Virus record (IMG/VR): IMGVR_UViG_3300028048_000091
Span: 42,705 to 106,704 of that record
Length of the DNA stretch: 64,000 nt
Strand: one strand, 5' to 3'
DNA from: a virus
Taxonomy: Duplodnaviria > Caudoviricetes
Below, piece after piece: positions 48,010 to 59,070 of this stretch. Each line of letters starts with the position of its first letter. Positions within the stretch are counted from its first letter, which is position 1. The position numbers were made by a program, and so were the translations under genes. The notes beneath the pieces are model-generated. The model saw only the letters and a list, made by a program, of their open reading frames with translations, was not told where the DNA came from and made no database searches.

Positions 48010-48894
48010 TTATGCAGCGCCAACTTTTAATGGCTCTAAAACGGTTGATGTTCTTAATACTCTTAGGCCTTCTGAATAATAGTTTTTTGCAGTTCTTAAA
48101 TCCATATCTTCAAGATTATTAGTATTAATTGCATTCTTGATGTATTTCATTGCACTTTTAAGTTTATCTAATGCTTCTTGGGGATATTCATTGACTAATT
48201 CATCATCCTTCATAGTTACAAAAAAGCCAATAATACTTGCTTGTCTTTTTATTTCAGAACGCATCATATTAAACTTTTGCCACAAACGTTCTTGTTCAGT
48301 TTGAGACTCTGTAATTGTAGTACCAATGCTATCAACAAAACGCTTTACATCATTATTTAATGTATTTTTTAAAAATTCAAATATATCTGAATTTTTAAAC
48401 CCAAAAATGGTTTTAGTTTCTATTTTATCACCAATCTTACGTTTATAATGGTAATCATCAACAGCATCTATGTGCATTGTCTCAATATATAATGTTGCAA
48501 ATCTTGACGGTACATTGAAGCCACCTAATCTTTTACACATATCCTCAATTTTTCCACTTGCTTCAATCCAAACCCATTGGTTCCAATTAACAATGTTATA
48601 ATGAATTATCATTTCTAAAAGTTTAACAGCAGCATCGTGGCGGCCATCTTTTACACAAGTTGCGCCAACGCATTTGTTTCCACCAATATAGCCATTGTAT
48701 ACAGTAACAGTAACAAGTTCGCCATCACAGTATCCAAGAGTAAAAAATGGTGATTTCTTAATCATGTCAGTACGTGAAGCAAAACCTTTAAAGCCACCAA
48801 GTTTTTCATAGCCACTTTGTAAAATTGACCATATTACATCTTTATTATTACGTATATGGGCTTTGTCTTCTTCATTTGACATGTCATATTTCAT
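48010..48894 (-). CDS. Conserved large-phage hypothetical protein
   Basis: 294 aa, IWSILQSGYEKLGGFKG...WIEAS; own promoter at 48927. Confidence 0.7.
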   Translation of the reverse strand: MKYDMSNEEDKAHIRNNKDVIWSILQSGYEKLGGFKGFASRTDMIKKSPFFTLGYCDGELVTVTVYNGYIGGNKCVGATCVKDGRHDAAVKLLEMIIHYNIVNWNQWVWIEASGKIEDMCKRLGGFNVPSRFATLYIETMHIDAVDDYHYKRKIGDKIETKTIFGFKNSDIFEFLKNTLNNDVKRFVDSIGTTITESQTEQERLWQKFNMMRSEIKRQASIIGFFVTMKDDELVNEYPQEALDKLKSAMKYIKNAINTNNLEDMDLRTAKNYYSEGLRVLRTSTVLEPLKVGAA

Positions 48895-48977
48895 AATATT
48901 ATATATTATATTAATTATTTACGTTACAAATATACTACAAAAAACTGAGACTACAAAATAATCTCAGTTAATTTTTG

Positions 48978-49775
48978 TTAATCATTAAGACTTCTTACCT
49001 CATATATTGTTAATAGTGGATTTCCCTTGATATTCTTAATGTATTTATCATAGAAATTAGCAACCCAATCCTTATCTGAAATCTGATAAGTCACTTCATC
49101 ATATCCGTTTTCTGTAATCACACCATAGCACCAGAATGAACATGAATGCCTGATATATTCATCCTTATCCTTAAAATTAAGGAAATATCCAAGTTTTCCA
49201 ATCATATTTGTCTTAATTCTTTCCTCTTTTTCATCCTTTGGGTCATCATCATCCACAACAAGTTCCCATGCACGTTTGTATATCTCTGTTTCCTTTTCAT
49301 ACATGTGCATCCTCTCCCAACAGATATCCTTATATCTTGCTGAATATGACTTTGTGGCATCATTAAGCCAAAACGGATTACTGAAAGGACCTTCTTCATT
49401 ATGGTTCTTGAGTCTTTCCTCATAACACTTCTCATAACGATAATGACCTTCAGGGTTTTCATCCGTTAAGGCATCACCTGTTTCCTCATCATAATAACAA
49501 CCCTTGGTGTAATATTGATAGTATTCAAAATCAGTCATCTCCTTGATATTGAGGTATAATTTCTTATAGTTTTCCCTCTGTGTTTCACTAATTTCAAGTT
49601 CCTTACTATCCAATATTGCCTCTATAAGTTTAAGAAAAGACTTATGCAATTTTTCTGCATCATCTAACTTGCACTTAACATACCGTTCAACCTTGGTATC
49701 AGCTGAATATTTCTTGATTAATTCCTCATGGTTATCACCAATAACCAATACTGTTCTAAAAACACTTCTTGCCAT
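48978..49775 (-). CDS. Hypothetical protein
   Basis: 265 aa; FRTVLVIG...NPEG. Confidence 0.7.
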   Translation of the reverse strand: MARSVFRTVLVIGDNHEELIKKYSADTKVERYVKCKLDDAEKLHKSFLKLIEAILDSKELEISETQRENYKKLYLNIKEMTDFEYYQYYTKGCYYDEETGDALTDENPEGHYRYEKCYEERLKNHNEEGPFSNPFWLNDATKSYSARYKDICWERMHMYEKETEIYKRAWELVVDDDDPKDEKEERIKTNMIGKLGYFLNFKDKDEYIRHSCSFWCYGVITENGYDEVTYQISDKDWVANFYDKYIKNIKGNPLLTIYEVRSLND

Positions 49776-49797
49776 ATATAATATTTAACTTTTTTTC

Positions 49798-50694
49798 TTA
49801 TTTTACAGGATGTTTAAACTCCACGTTATCAAAGATAACCTTTGGAATCGTCTTCTCAAATTTCTTCTTTATATTTGATGCACGATGTCTTAACCACCTT
49901 GCTACATCTGAAAAACTCTTGTATTTCCTTAATGCAGACTTATTAAATTCAGATAATATCAGTTGTTTATCCTTTTCGTCATTGGTATTAATTAATTTTT
50001 GAATATTCGTTAATACCTGTATATAGTCCTTGTATACCTGTGTATTTCTTATGTATTTGTATGCATCACTAACGCTTCCAATCTTTATTCCATCAACTTG
50101 TAGCATACCGGCAATCTGTGCGATATATGCACCACGCTCAAAATTATTTGAATAATAAATAATGTCCGCAATTATTTTTCTAAGTTCTGTATCATTGCCT
50201 TCTTGTGAGCCATAATAGTTTTCACGTTCAAGTTGGTAAAAAAGTCTATCACCCCTTTTGTACATTTCAGCATCCTGATAAGCATGGGTTAATTCATGCA
50301 TTATTAAAGGAATGATATCATCATTATTGATACAGTTAGGGTTGACTCTAATTACTAATTTTAAAATATTGAAATGTTTATTAAAAATTGTTTCGTCAGG
50401 GTCATAAGCCATTATATCAATACTACTATCCGAAATAAGTTTAACTTTATTAACGAATTTATTATCTTTAAATGTTACAAAAATTTCCTCTTTCTTGCTA
50501 AGTGATGGTATTTCTTCTGCTATTTGTTTAGCCAAGTCATAGCAGCCATCAAATACACCATATTGTTCTAACAATATTTTGTTATAACTTTCTGAATTAA
50601 GATGCTCTAATAGTGTTCCATGTAAAGGTTTTCTATAGTAGAACTCAATGAATAGATGAGTTTGAAAATCTCTTTCAAATATATTATTTTCCAT
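49798..50694 (-). CDS. HExxH zinc-metallopeptidase-like protein
   Basis: IMHELTHAYQD...FERGAYIAQ. Confidence 0.65.
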   Translation of the reverse strand: MENNIFERDFQTHLFIEFYYRKPLHGTLLEHLNSESYNKILLEQYGVFDGCYDLAKQIAEEIPSLSKKEEIFVTFKDNKFVNKVKLISDSSIDIMAYDPDETIFNKHFNILKLVIRVNPNCINNDDIIPLIMHELTHAYQDAEMYKRGDRLFYQLERENYYGSQEGNDTELRKIIADIIYYSNNFERGAYIAQIAGMLQVDGIKIGSVSDAYKYIRNTQVYKDYIQVLTNIQKLINTNDEKDKQLILSEFNKSALRKYKSFSDVARWLRHRASNIKKKFEKTIPKVIFDNVEFKHPVK

Positions 50695-50699
50695 ATTAA

Positions 50700-51662
50700 T
50701 TAATATCTTCTTATTGATTTTGTAACTGGTTGCATTAATGTTCTTATCATTCTTAAATGCTCATTCGCTATTTTTGGTAAAATTGTATTAAACTTATTAT
50801 TATATCTGTTTAACTTTCCTTTTAACCATTGGACAAATTGTGTATAATCTTTGAATTGATAATTAGACAATTCCTTTACTTCATCAAGAACAAATTCTTG
50901 TAACTCTTCGTCTTTTAGATTGATTAATTCATTTGTCCATTCGAAGACTGTTTCACAGTTCTTATATACTATTGTATTCTTTAAAAAGTTAAATACGTCA
51001 TTTATTGTTGAAAATCGTTGCTTGCAATTATCAAGATACCCTGCTATTTGTGCTATATATGCAGACCGTTCGAAATCATTGAAATGATATAATACCCAAG
51101 ACAGATTATATTTAAGTTCTCTTTTCCTTTTATCCTTAATTGCAAAATCCTCAGAATAATCTGTCTTATTCTTATCGTAGCCTATTTTCTTAAATTCGTT
51201 TTCAAGCGAGAGACCTTTTAACCTTAATTGATAATCTTGATATGCATGCATTAATTCATGCATCAAAAGTGATAAACCATCTGATGTATTAGTAAAATTT
51301 GGATTAAATAATATATAAATTGTTTTGAATTTATCATTAACAAACACGCTATCTTCAGGAATATATGCTGCTTCACCATTTTGATAGTTTAATGCTACTT
51401 TAATCTGTTCAAGCCACGGACAATGTTTTATACTAAAATTGGCCGTTTTCTTTCCATTGTTTGATTTAATAAAGTCCAATAACTGATATGCAAGGTTTTT
51501 GCAACCTTTAAAGACACCATAGTTTTCTAATAATACTTCTTCGTTTAACTGTCTGTCACTTTGCTCAAGTATAAACAGTTTACCATTATTGTTATAATAA
51601 AACTCAATAAATAGATGCGCTCTGAAGCTTTCTTCTAATATGTCTTGTATTTCTTTAGCCAT
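50700..51662 (-). CDS. HExxH zinc-metallopeptidase-like protein, tandem paralog
   Basis: LMHELMHAYQD...FERSAYIAQ. Confidence 0.65.
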   Translation of the reverse strand: MAKEIQDILEESFRAHLFIEFYYNNNGKLFILEQSDRQLNEEVLLENYGVFKGCKNLAYQLLDFIKSNNGKKTANFSIKHCPWLEQIKVALNYQNGEAAYIPEDSVFVNDKFKTIYILFNPNFTNTSDGLSLLMHELMHAYQDYQLRLKGLSLENEFKKIGYDKNKTDYSEDFAIKDKRKRELKYNLSWVLYHFNDFERSAYIAQIAGYLDNCKQRFSTINDVFNFLKNTIVYKNCETVFEWTNELINLKDEELQEFVLDEVKELSNYQFKDYTQFVQWLKGKLNRYNNKFNTILPKIANEHLRMIRTLMQPVTKSIRRY

Positions 51663-51722
51663 AAAAATCTGCTATACTAATTAAGTATTAATATAACAGA
51701 TTTAACCATAAAAATCAAGGGT

Positions 51723-52172
51723 TTAACGTTCTAATTTGCGACGTTTATCCCAGCTAATAAGCCATACAGAAGCATTATTGATTTCCTCAATACGGTCATG
51801 TAATGGAATGAATTTGAAACCATTATCCCTAAACGGCTTAAAAATCTCATCCACATATGGAACCATATCTTCGTCAAAGTCAACCATTGCATAATATGAA
51901 TGGAACTTATCCTCATTGGCATTTGCATACAGATTAGGTGATATGCATCGTTTAATTTCAAGAGCAATATGATTCTGTGCCACAGTGATATACTCATCAA
52001 GTGAAGTAATGTCACCATACTTTGTTCTGAAATAAGCCTCTTGTGCAGTTAAAGGCTTTTCATTCCGATGCCAAGGGAAGATTGATTTCATACAACGGTT
52101 AAAAAAACGATGTTTCTTTGCATCCTCTTCGGCTTTTGTCATAATGTTCTCTACGTCTCCTTCGTAACTCAT
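51723..52172 (-). CDS. Hypothetical protein
   Basis: ORF in a co-oriented run. Confidence 0.6.
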   Translation of the reverse strand: MSYEGDVENIMTKAEEDAKKHRFFNRCMKSIFPWHRNEKPLTAQEAYFRTKYGDITSLDEYITVAQNHIALEIKRCISPNLYANANEDKFHSYYAMVDFDEDMVPYVDEIFKPFRDNGFKFIPLHDRIEEINNASVWLISWDKRRKLER

Positions 52173-52210
52173 ATTTATTTTTCTTTTATTTTAAAGGCAT
52201 CTATATAGTA

Positions 52211-52660
52211 TTAGTTATATGCTACATAATAGGTTTTACCACAATACTCAACCTCTTCAAACTCATACCACACAGCGTTCTTACCTGTATTCTTAGCCAC
52301 GTAGTTTGACAAGGCGTTCTTATCAGTGTCAATGAAGAACGTATTAGCGGTAATAGTGGAAAGCGATGGTCTAAATGCACTCTTGTTATCTGCAATAAAC
52401 TTATCAACCATTTCCTCAGTACCATACTTCTTCAGTATATCAAGAGCATATTCATAGTTGCCTCGACCAATTGAATATGTAATACTCCTTGTGCATCCAC
52501 GAGTGTTCTTTACAAATCTTACACGGCTCTTAGTTACTTGTGTAAAGTCTACATCAAGTTCCAACTCTCTCACATCACTAATGGCAAATGTCCTTGCCAA
52601 CACTTTCAATCCTAATTCTTTATCCATACTTTCAAATAATTTTTTAATTCTTTCAAACAT
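52211..52660 (-). CDS. Hypothetical protein
   Basis: ORF in a co-oriented run. Confidence 0.6.
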   Translation of the reverse strand: MFERIKKLFESMDKELGLKVLARTFAISDVRELELDVDFTQVTKSRVRFVKNTRGCTRSITYSIGRGNYEYALDILKKYGTEEMVDKFIADNKSAFRPSLSTITANTFFIDTDKNALSNYVAKNTGKNAVWYEFEEVEYCGKTYYVAYN

Positions 52661-52954
52661 TTTTAATAATATGAAGGTCTTTGTAAAATTAAGTCAACCA
52701 ATGCTTCCTTTGATAGGTGAAGAAGTTTTGCCCTCTTCTTCTCATAATCACTAAGTCTTTCTTCATAGGTCTGTGCAACAAACGATGTTGATATAGTATC
52801 AGTTCTATTTGCTGCTGAGGCTGCTGTCAAAGACATACATTCTGCTGTGTCATGATTGAAACGAGGACATTTCTGACACATATTTAATCCCTTATAGGGG
52901 CAATCATCTGGTTCGTACATAATAAAAGTCAATTAGTATAATTTATTATCGTAC

Positions 52955-53488
52955 TCATTCGAGTACATGGTCACGATATTTCAACTTCCACATGCGTTCA
53001 TCCAAAGCATCCTCGCATGAAGTCTTCGCGTTAAGCATCATTTCATCCTCAGTGGTCTCTTCAAACAGAAGGTCATAGTTCTCAAAAAGATAATTTTCCA
53101 TAATGTCGAAAGATTCCTCATGTAAACCATTATTCGCATTATACTCAGGTTTAATGTACGAACATAGTGTGAAAAGATAGCAATTGCTTCTAAGTAACTT
53201 ATATGGGAAGATATACATCACCGGAATAGGATTACCCTTTTCATCCATTTTACTTACTTTCCAGAATTTGAAAAGAAGTTTATTCACCTCTTCATATCTC
53301 TTGTCATAAGCATCTTCAAAGCCATTAATTGCCTTTTCAACATCTTCCCTCATGTGCTTGATTTCTTCCATGTGGTCTGTATCGTGAAATGTTTTAAGGT
53401 AGTTATAGACAAGTTCATGCATCTTATGAACCCTTGTTTCATCTGGAAGATTAAACTTCTCTAAAAGAATTTTCTCATTGATATCCAT
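52955..53488 (-). CDS. Hypothetical protein
   Basis: ORF in a co-oriented run. Confidence 0.6.
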   Translation of the reverse strand: MDINEKILLEKFNLPDETRVHKMHELVYNYLKTFHDTDHMEEIKHMREDVEKAINGFEDAYDKRYEEVNKLLFKFWKVSKMDEKGNPIPVMYIFPYKLLRSNCYLFTLCSYIKPEYNANNGLHEESFDIMENYLFENYDLLFEETTEDEMMLNAKTSCEDALDERMWKLKYRDHVLE

Positions 53489-53813
53489 TTTCTATTAGTC
53501 CTAATTGCGTAATAAAATTATTAATTATATTCTCTGCCGCTTCTATCAATTCAGCGGTCTTTGCTTTCTTTAATTCCGGAATATTTTCTCTGAGATAATG
53601 CTTTGAAACCAAGATATATCCGGTTGATGTGTTTGTTTTGTATTCCCTTGTTATATAAGTATTGGCCGGGTACTGTCTTGCCAGTTCATGCTTATTGTTA
53701 ATCTTACGACTGACTGATAAATCAAGTATATCGTCACTTCCTGTAAATGGCACGAACACAACAGGCGCTGTATCTATCAGTTTCCGATACTTCTCAGTTA
53801 CATTTTTATTCAT
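53475..53813 (-). CDS. Hypothetical protein
   Basis: Packed ORF. Confidence 0.55.
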   Translation of the reverse strand: MNKNVTEKYRKLIDTAPVVFVPFTGSDDILDLSVSRKINNKHELARQYPANTYITREYKTNTSTGYILVSKHYLRENIPELKKAKTAELIEAAENIINNFITQLGLIENGYQ

Positions 53814-54096
53814 TGCTCATAATATATAAAATAGGTTTATGGAGAAAACACACTAACATACTACCCATTACGATAATGGTCATTACCTTTAACAACGTCT
53901 CATTATACTTTGATATATCCGTATCCATATTTGCTATTAATCTTGTATCTTCTTCCGAAAAGTCAAACGTCGGCATGATAAAAAACGTCATAATGCAAAA
54001 TACTATTACCAACGTTAAGAATAACGGAAAATCAACAAACGCCGCAAGTGCTAAGAATGTTATGATTGATAATTGGTAAAAATCTTTCTTATTCAT
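53806..54096 (-). CDS. Small membrane protein
   Basis: TM segments; follows promoter at 54105. Confidence 0.55.
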   Translation of the reverse strand: MNKKDFYQLSIITFLALAAFVDFPLFLTLVIVFCIMTFFIMPTFDFSEEDTRLIANMDTDISKYNETLLKVMTIIVMGSMLVCFLHKPILYIMSNE

Positions 54097-54159
54097 TTGT
54101 ATTGCAAAGGTACTACTTTTTTCTTTAAAAAAAGAATATATTTTGTTAATATAAGTTAA

Positions 54160-55026
54160 CTACAACTTCTTTTGTATTTCTTTAACATAGTCAATATGCT
54201 CTTGTGACATAGGTACGCCAGTATAATTAACTCCAAGGAAAGTAGCGATGACATCTTCATCTGTAGCATTCTCGCCAAGTTCTCCGTAAGTAATCATTTG
54301 CGAGTTACCAAAAAGACGTTTCGCTCTATCTGATAAATCGGAATAATAGTTACCATGCAAGTCTTTAAATTCATCGAACAAAAATCTTATAAGGCAATGT
54401 AAACGCTGTTTTCCATCAACTATGTCGAAAAAAGCGACTTCAGTATTACCTTTGTCTATCTCCTTTTCAATATACTCATAAGACCTCTTACGAATAACCA
54501 ACATGCCGCAATTAATAGATTGATATATACTTTCAATAAATAATTGTTCTTGTTCAAGTGTCCAACAATAATCACGTTGGTAATACTGCTTATTGCCGTC
54601 CTTATCAATGATATAAGGATTATCGTTCACTTCCGGAATACAAATGCCCTTATATACATATTCCTTTTTGTCACGTTTGGGAGTATCACGAAGGCAATTA
54701 ATTCCAAGTAAACCTAACATACAAGAAATATCAAAGTTGACTGTACGTAATTCACTTCTCCAACACTTATTAGGGAATGGATTTGCACCTACACAGAAAA
54801 GGCTGCGTTTGTATTGGCCATCTTCAAGAACAACATCATCCAAGTAGTTCTCTGTATTTGATACCTTTATGGAATGGTCGTACACTTCTTTAACCGTAAC
54901 CGTTACATCACGTTCCGGATTATTTGAATAGCCACCCAAGAGTTTCTTCTTAACGATAACATTATCGCCAACTTTAATATCGTTTGATAAAAACTCCTTA
55001 ATTAACTTTTCTTTCTTCTCAGCCAT
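54160..55026 (-). CDS. DUF262 (ParB/Srx-fold, GmrS-like) protein
   Basis: YQRDYCWT.EQ..LFIESI, IVDGKQRL and F..VN motifs. Confidence 0.85.
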   Translation of the reverse strand: MAEKKEKLIKEFLSNDIKVGDNVIVKKKLLGGYSNNPERDVTVTVKEVYDHSIKVSNTENYLDDVVLEDGQYKRSLFCVGANPFPNKCWRSELRTVNFDISCMLGLLGINCLRDTPKRDKKEYVYKGICIPEVNDNPYIIDKDGNKQYYQRDYCWTLEQEQLFIESIYQSINCGMLVIRKRSYEYIEKEIDKGNTEVAFFDIVDGKQRLHCLIRFLFDEFKDLHGNYYSDLSDRAKRLFGNSQMITYGELGENATDEDVIATFLGVNYTGVPMSQEHIDYVKEIQKKL

Positions 55027-55028
55027 AT

Positions 55029-55316
55029 TTAATTCTTTTTAAATTTACTTGTATCAATTTTTTTCTTAGGGTGCTCTACATTGAGTATATCACCTAACAA
55101 CGTACTCATTCGAGTACACTGGTGTTCTAATTGCTCCATTTTTTCAATGATTGACATTGTAATCTTCACATTGTTCTCCTGCGACACATAGAAGCACTCA
55201 TAACTTACTCCAAATATAACTGCAAGTGAAATCCATGCCCACCAAGTGAACCATTCAATTGTGAGAAAGCCAGATGTCAATATAAGGGCAATTCCGATAA
55301 AAACCAAGTATCTCAT
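55029..55316 (-). CDS. Small membrane protein
   Basis: Two TM segments plus coiled coil. Confidence 0.55.
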   Translation of the reverse strand: MRYLVFIGIALILTSGFLTIEWFTWWAWISLAVIFGVSYECFYVSQENNVKITMSIIEKMEQLEHQCTRMSTLLGDILNVEHPKKKIDTSKFKKN

Positions 55317-55918
55317 TAACCGATAAATTTCATATAATTATCCATAACAAATTCACTATTCCGGTTGAAATGGTCGGCAAATTCATCAAGACTTAACATC
55401 TTAACCTCACTTGGATGTGAATAATACAAATCCATAAGTTCTGTATCTTCAAGTTTATCCAGTTCGTCAAGTTTAAATTTTTCTGTTTTAGGAAATAACA
55501 GAACTGATTTTGCTGTGTCGTGATGAAGATGCTTGTGGTAACTATACTTTCCACCGGCATTTACAATATTTACAAGTTCAGATATGTAGTTATCCCAATC
55601 TTCAAAATCCTCCACACTCTCTCTGCAAGTAAAATCTCTGCAATAATAGCTATTTGGGTCTTCCCGATACATACGAATTTCTTCATCCACATCAAAGTAT
55701 TCATAATACTCATTTAATGATGAAATCCAATCCTCTTTGTCTATCATTATAGTCATTTCAACCCCGCCCTTGGTATGAATTCCGGATAGTTCCCAACGAT
55801 TATCATAGCAATCATAGACATCAAAGCCCAGTGCTTCAAAAAAGTCCTTTCCGGAATCCTTGACAATTGCTTCGTTCAATGTTTTTATAAGACTTGGTGT
55901 AATCTCTTTATATTCCAT
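55316..55918 (-). CDS. Hypothetical acidic protein
   Basis: Start MEYKEIT. Confidence 0.6.
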   Translation of the reverse strand: MEYKEITPSLIKTLNEAIVKDSGKDFFEALGFDVYDCYDNRWELSGIHTKGGVEMTIMIDKEDWISSLNEYYEYFDVDEEIRMYREDPNSYYCRDFTCRESVEDFEDWDNYISELVNIVNAGGKYSYHKHLHHDTAKSVLLFPKTEKFKLDELDKLEDTELMDLYYSHPSEVKMLSLDEFADHFNRNSEFVMDNYMKFIG

Positions 55919-55928
55919 ATCACATACT

Positions 55929-56642
55929 TTAAGCGGTTTCAAAATGTGTAAGTGTTGTATCACTTGATACATGTGTTACATCGGATGGTGTTCTGTCTGA
56001 TACAACACTCGCTACAATTCCTTTTTCCACCTTTGGTTTTTCCTTGATATATTTCTCTATAATCTCAATGGCTTGGTCTTTCTCTGTTGTGCCGTTTATC
56101 TTCTCATAGATAAGACGCAAAATGTCCTCACCATTGATTTTATTCTCACAGAAGTATATCTCAAATACTTTTCTTACGTCCTTATTAATGGGTTTAAAAC
56201 GGTTGACTGAGCCTAATGTGGAATGAAGTTGTTTCCAATCCTTATATACCTTGATGGTTGGATAGCGTTCACTTATTCCATAGACATACTTGTCCTCACC
56301 GGTAAGTCCACCGGTAGCCTTAGTCCACTTATCTCTTGATTTGTTGGTGATATTGTCAAGTTGCCAATTAGTGTAACAAAACTTAATATAAGTCTTGACC
56401 TCTTTTCTATCCATTAACATGGGGTTGAGAGTATTCTTGTAAATCACAAGAAAATCCGGATTCTTCCAAATTGATACAACATTCACATTGATACCGGTTC
56501 GTGCATCAGACGGAGAAAGATGGTCTGACAGACGTACTACAAATGTATCATCAATAATGCAATATGTACTATTTGATTTTTCGTTTTCCTTAATCTCAAC
56601 CTTTTCTGATAATGTTTTGATAAATTGCTTTAAATATTTCAT
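55929..56642 (-). CDS. Hypothetical protein (VRLSDH motif)
   Basis: SNSTY...VRLSDH. Confidence 0.6.
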   Translation of the reverse strand: MKYLKQFIKTLSEKVEIKENEKSNSTYCIIDDTFVVRLSDHLSPSDARTGINVNVVSIWKNPDFLVIYKNTLNPMLMDRKEVKTYIKFCYTNWQLDNITNKSRDKWTKATGGLTGEDKYVYGISERYPTIKVYKDWKQLHSTLGSVNRFKPINKDVRKVFEIYFCENKINGEDILRLIYEKINGTTEKDQAIEIIEKYIKEKPKVEKGIVASVVSDRTPSDVTHVSSDTTLTHFETA

Positions 56643-57026
56643 TTATGAATAAATAAATTGAGATTTATATTTATTAACAATGCCAAGATAAGCATTTAGT
56701 TTTTCTCTAAGTTTCTTCTGATAGTCTGGGTGTTCAGCATGAAACTTTTCCTTTGTGTCTTGATATTCAGCACTAATGGTTAGTGGTTGATTACGCTCAA
56801 TGTTCTTCTGAAGGTCTTTAATGTTAATACCCTCATAGATATAGCCCTTTTGCTCCTTGAATTGTTTAAGAGCGTCAGAAACCGTATACTGCTCACGAAC
56901 AGCATACTTAATAGGCAAAACATCAGGGTCGAAACTCCACCTATCTTCAATCTTCAATACTACTTGTTCACCAAGACCCTTCTCTACATATTCATTAATA
57001 ATTCTGATTTTCTTACTATTTGTCAT
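56643..57026 (-). CDS. Hypothetical protein
   Basis: Follows promoter at 57049. Confidence 0.6.
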   Translation of the reverse strand: MTNSKKIRIINEYVEKGLGEQVVLKIEDRWSFDPDVLPIKYAVREQYTVSDALKQFKEQKGYIYEGINIKDLQKNIERNQPLTISAEYQDTKEKFHAEHPDYQKKLREKLNAYLGIVNKYKSQFIYS

Positions 57027-57378
57027 TTTTTTTTCTATTTTTCAGTTGCAAAGGTACTACAAAAAATTGATAAAACAAAATAAAGAGAGTTAATTTTTGC
57101 TAAAAAACTCTCCTTTAACTTTTATTCAGCTGGCGGCAACCTACTAATCAGCACCTCTGAAAGATATGCCTTTACAATCAACATACTGCTTATAGTGTAT
57201 TCACCATAGATTTGCTTAACCACGTCATATACGATTGATTTCTCTGGCACATGATATGGCCTTGTACTATTTGTTACAAATTCCTTAATTTGTTCGTTGG
57301 ATAACTTGTTAAGTACAGCAAGTATATCCTTAATCTTTACATTCTTTGAAATTTTCATGTTAATTAATTTTTAATTTG

Positions 57379-58332
57379 TTATGCAACTTTTTTAACTGTT
57401 TTCTCACTTTCCTTGAATTTACAACAGAGAAAGTTATATTCTTCAGTTACTTCCTTACCATACAGAATAGTCAATCTGTCTTTAAAACAAATTGGAAATC
57501 CATCACGTCCATTTTCTATCTCATTGTTAATTTGTGCTTGAACATCTTTGTGGATAATATGGTCAATTTCCATACATTTTTCGCAAAGTTTCTCATATTC
57601 GTAATCACCTCGTATACTTTCATGTTCACTCTTATATTTGTCAGCAACTTTCTTATGTTTGGCATATTCCGGATATTGTTCATGCTTCTCATATAATTCC
57701 CAATAACGTAGTTTCTTATATAAATTCTCGCACAATTTATCATCATAGATAATATCAACACCCATTGTCGGAATTGGCAAGAAAGAGAAACCAAGATTAA
57801 ATTCCGGTTTAAAAAGCCAATTCTCCACTACCTTGTCACCATAGCCATGTGCTTTGAATACCGGAAGATGGTGCTCGATAAACCATTTTCTCTGATAATC
57901 AATCATAGCATTAAAATGCGTGGTATATTCATTGAATTTCTCTGCACCATAGTGTCTAAGGCATCTGTATTCGTTAATATAATTAATATCACAACAATCA
58001 CCACTACGATGAAATAAATCACCATTAAGGCAATAGCACATGACATCATCACCATATTCATTAAGATAATCAGCAAAATGCTCAATAGTTCCATCAAATG
58101 CCGGAATGGTATATTGCTTTCTGTTGGCAATCTTAATCCAGCCTTTGCCGCGAACCCATACCTCCTTAACGTCCTCAACCTTTTCCCAACGGGTATAAGG
58201 CACAATAGGAACTAAGTGAAACTTATCATCTGATAATTTCGTCTTAATACACTTAATTTCACCGGTAGGTAAATTTGTCTTAGGATTGCCATTCCAATCC
58301 TTACCAATGTAAATAAAATTGATTTTTTCCAT
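57379..58332 (-). CDS. Hypothetical protein
   Basis: Start MEKINF; long ORF. Confidence 0.65.
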   Translation of the reverse strand: MEKINFIYIGKDWNGNPKTNLPTGEIKCIKTKLSDDKFHLVPIVPYTRWEKVEDVKEVWVRGKGWIKIANRKQYTIPAFDGTIEHFADYLNEYGDDVMCYCLNGDLFHRSGDCCDINYINEYRCLRHYGAEKFNEYTTHFNAMIDYQRKWFIEHHLPVFKAHGYGDKVVENWLFKPEFNLGFSFLPIPTMGVDIIYDDKLCENLYKKLRYWELYEKHEQYPEYAKHKKVADKYKSEHESIRGDYEYEKLCEKCMEIDHIIHKDVQAQINNEIENGRDGFPICFKDRLTILYGKEVTEEYNFLCCKFKESEKTVKKVA

Positions 58333-58337
58333 ATTAA

Positions 58338-58736
58338 TTAATTTATTTTTTGCCAATATCCGTATAAACATTTTTCTCCACTATCCCAGCTGTCATAGAA
58401 AGAACCATCAACTGCTGCCACAAGATGATTTGCTGCAACCATTACATATCGTCCCTGCTTATGGCTTGTTGCAAAACCGGAAACCGTTGGCCTTTTACTT
58501 CCCTTTTTATTTGAAATACCGGTATAGACATAACCATGTGCTTTAAGCCACTTCACATACGCATGCTTGGTATTTGGCATGCATTGCAGTTCTCTTGCAA
58601 TAGGAACAAGTTCGTCATATATTTCTACCCACGACTTATCCTCTGTCTTGGAAAATGCCCTAATAACACAATCCCCAAAAAGATTTTTCAAATCCTTTGA
58701 ATTGGGTTGATAATATATATAACCTTTACTTTTCAC
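58338..58736 (-). CDS. Putative papain-like (Cys-His-Asp) small protein
   Basis: GDCVIRA...NHLVAAVDG..YDSWDS. Confidence 0.55.
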   Translation of the reverse strand: MKSKGYIYYQPNSKDLKNLFGDCVIRAFSKTEDKSWVEIYDELVPIARELQCMPNTKHAYVKWLKAHGYVYTGISNKKGSKRPTVSGFATSHKQGRYVMVAANHLVAAVDGSFYDSWDSGEKCLYGYWQKIN

Positions 58737-59015
58737 TTAACTTCTGAATTAAACTATCAAACGAACCCCAAAAAACAGAGCTGCCTTTTCTATCAACAAT
58801 CTCTACCATACTTCTCTCTGAAATATTGTCCTCAAAGCCATCACGCAGCAAATCTAATTTGTGATAACCAATACAGGCCGGAGAGTTTGGCTCAATTGAA
58901 ATCCTACAACCTTTACCATATACAGCCTTTTGCTCAAGTTGGTAAGGTGTAGAACACTCAAAAATCGTTGCCTTAATCTTATTCATAATTTACTATATGT
59001 TTTATGTTTGTTATG

Positions 59016-59070
59016 CAAAGGTAATACAAAAAAACGAGAATACCAAAATATTCTCGTTAATTAATGTTAA
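59016..59070 (-). promoter_or_regulatory. Fused terminator/promoter
   Basis: Stem AACGAGAATA/TATTCTCGTT with TTTG in the loop, T-tract, then TACCTTTG. Confidence 0.8.
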
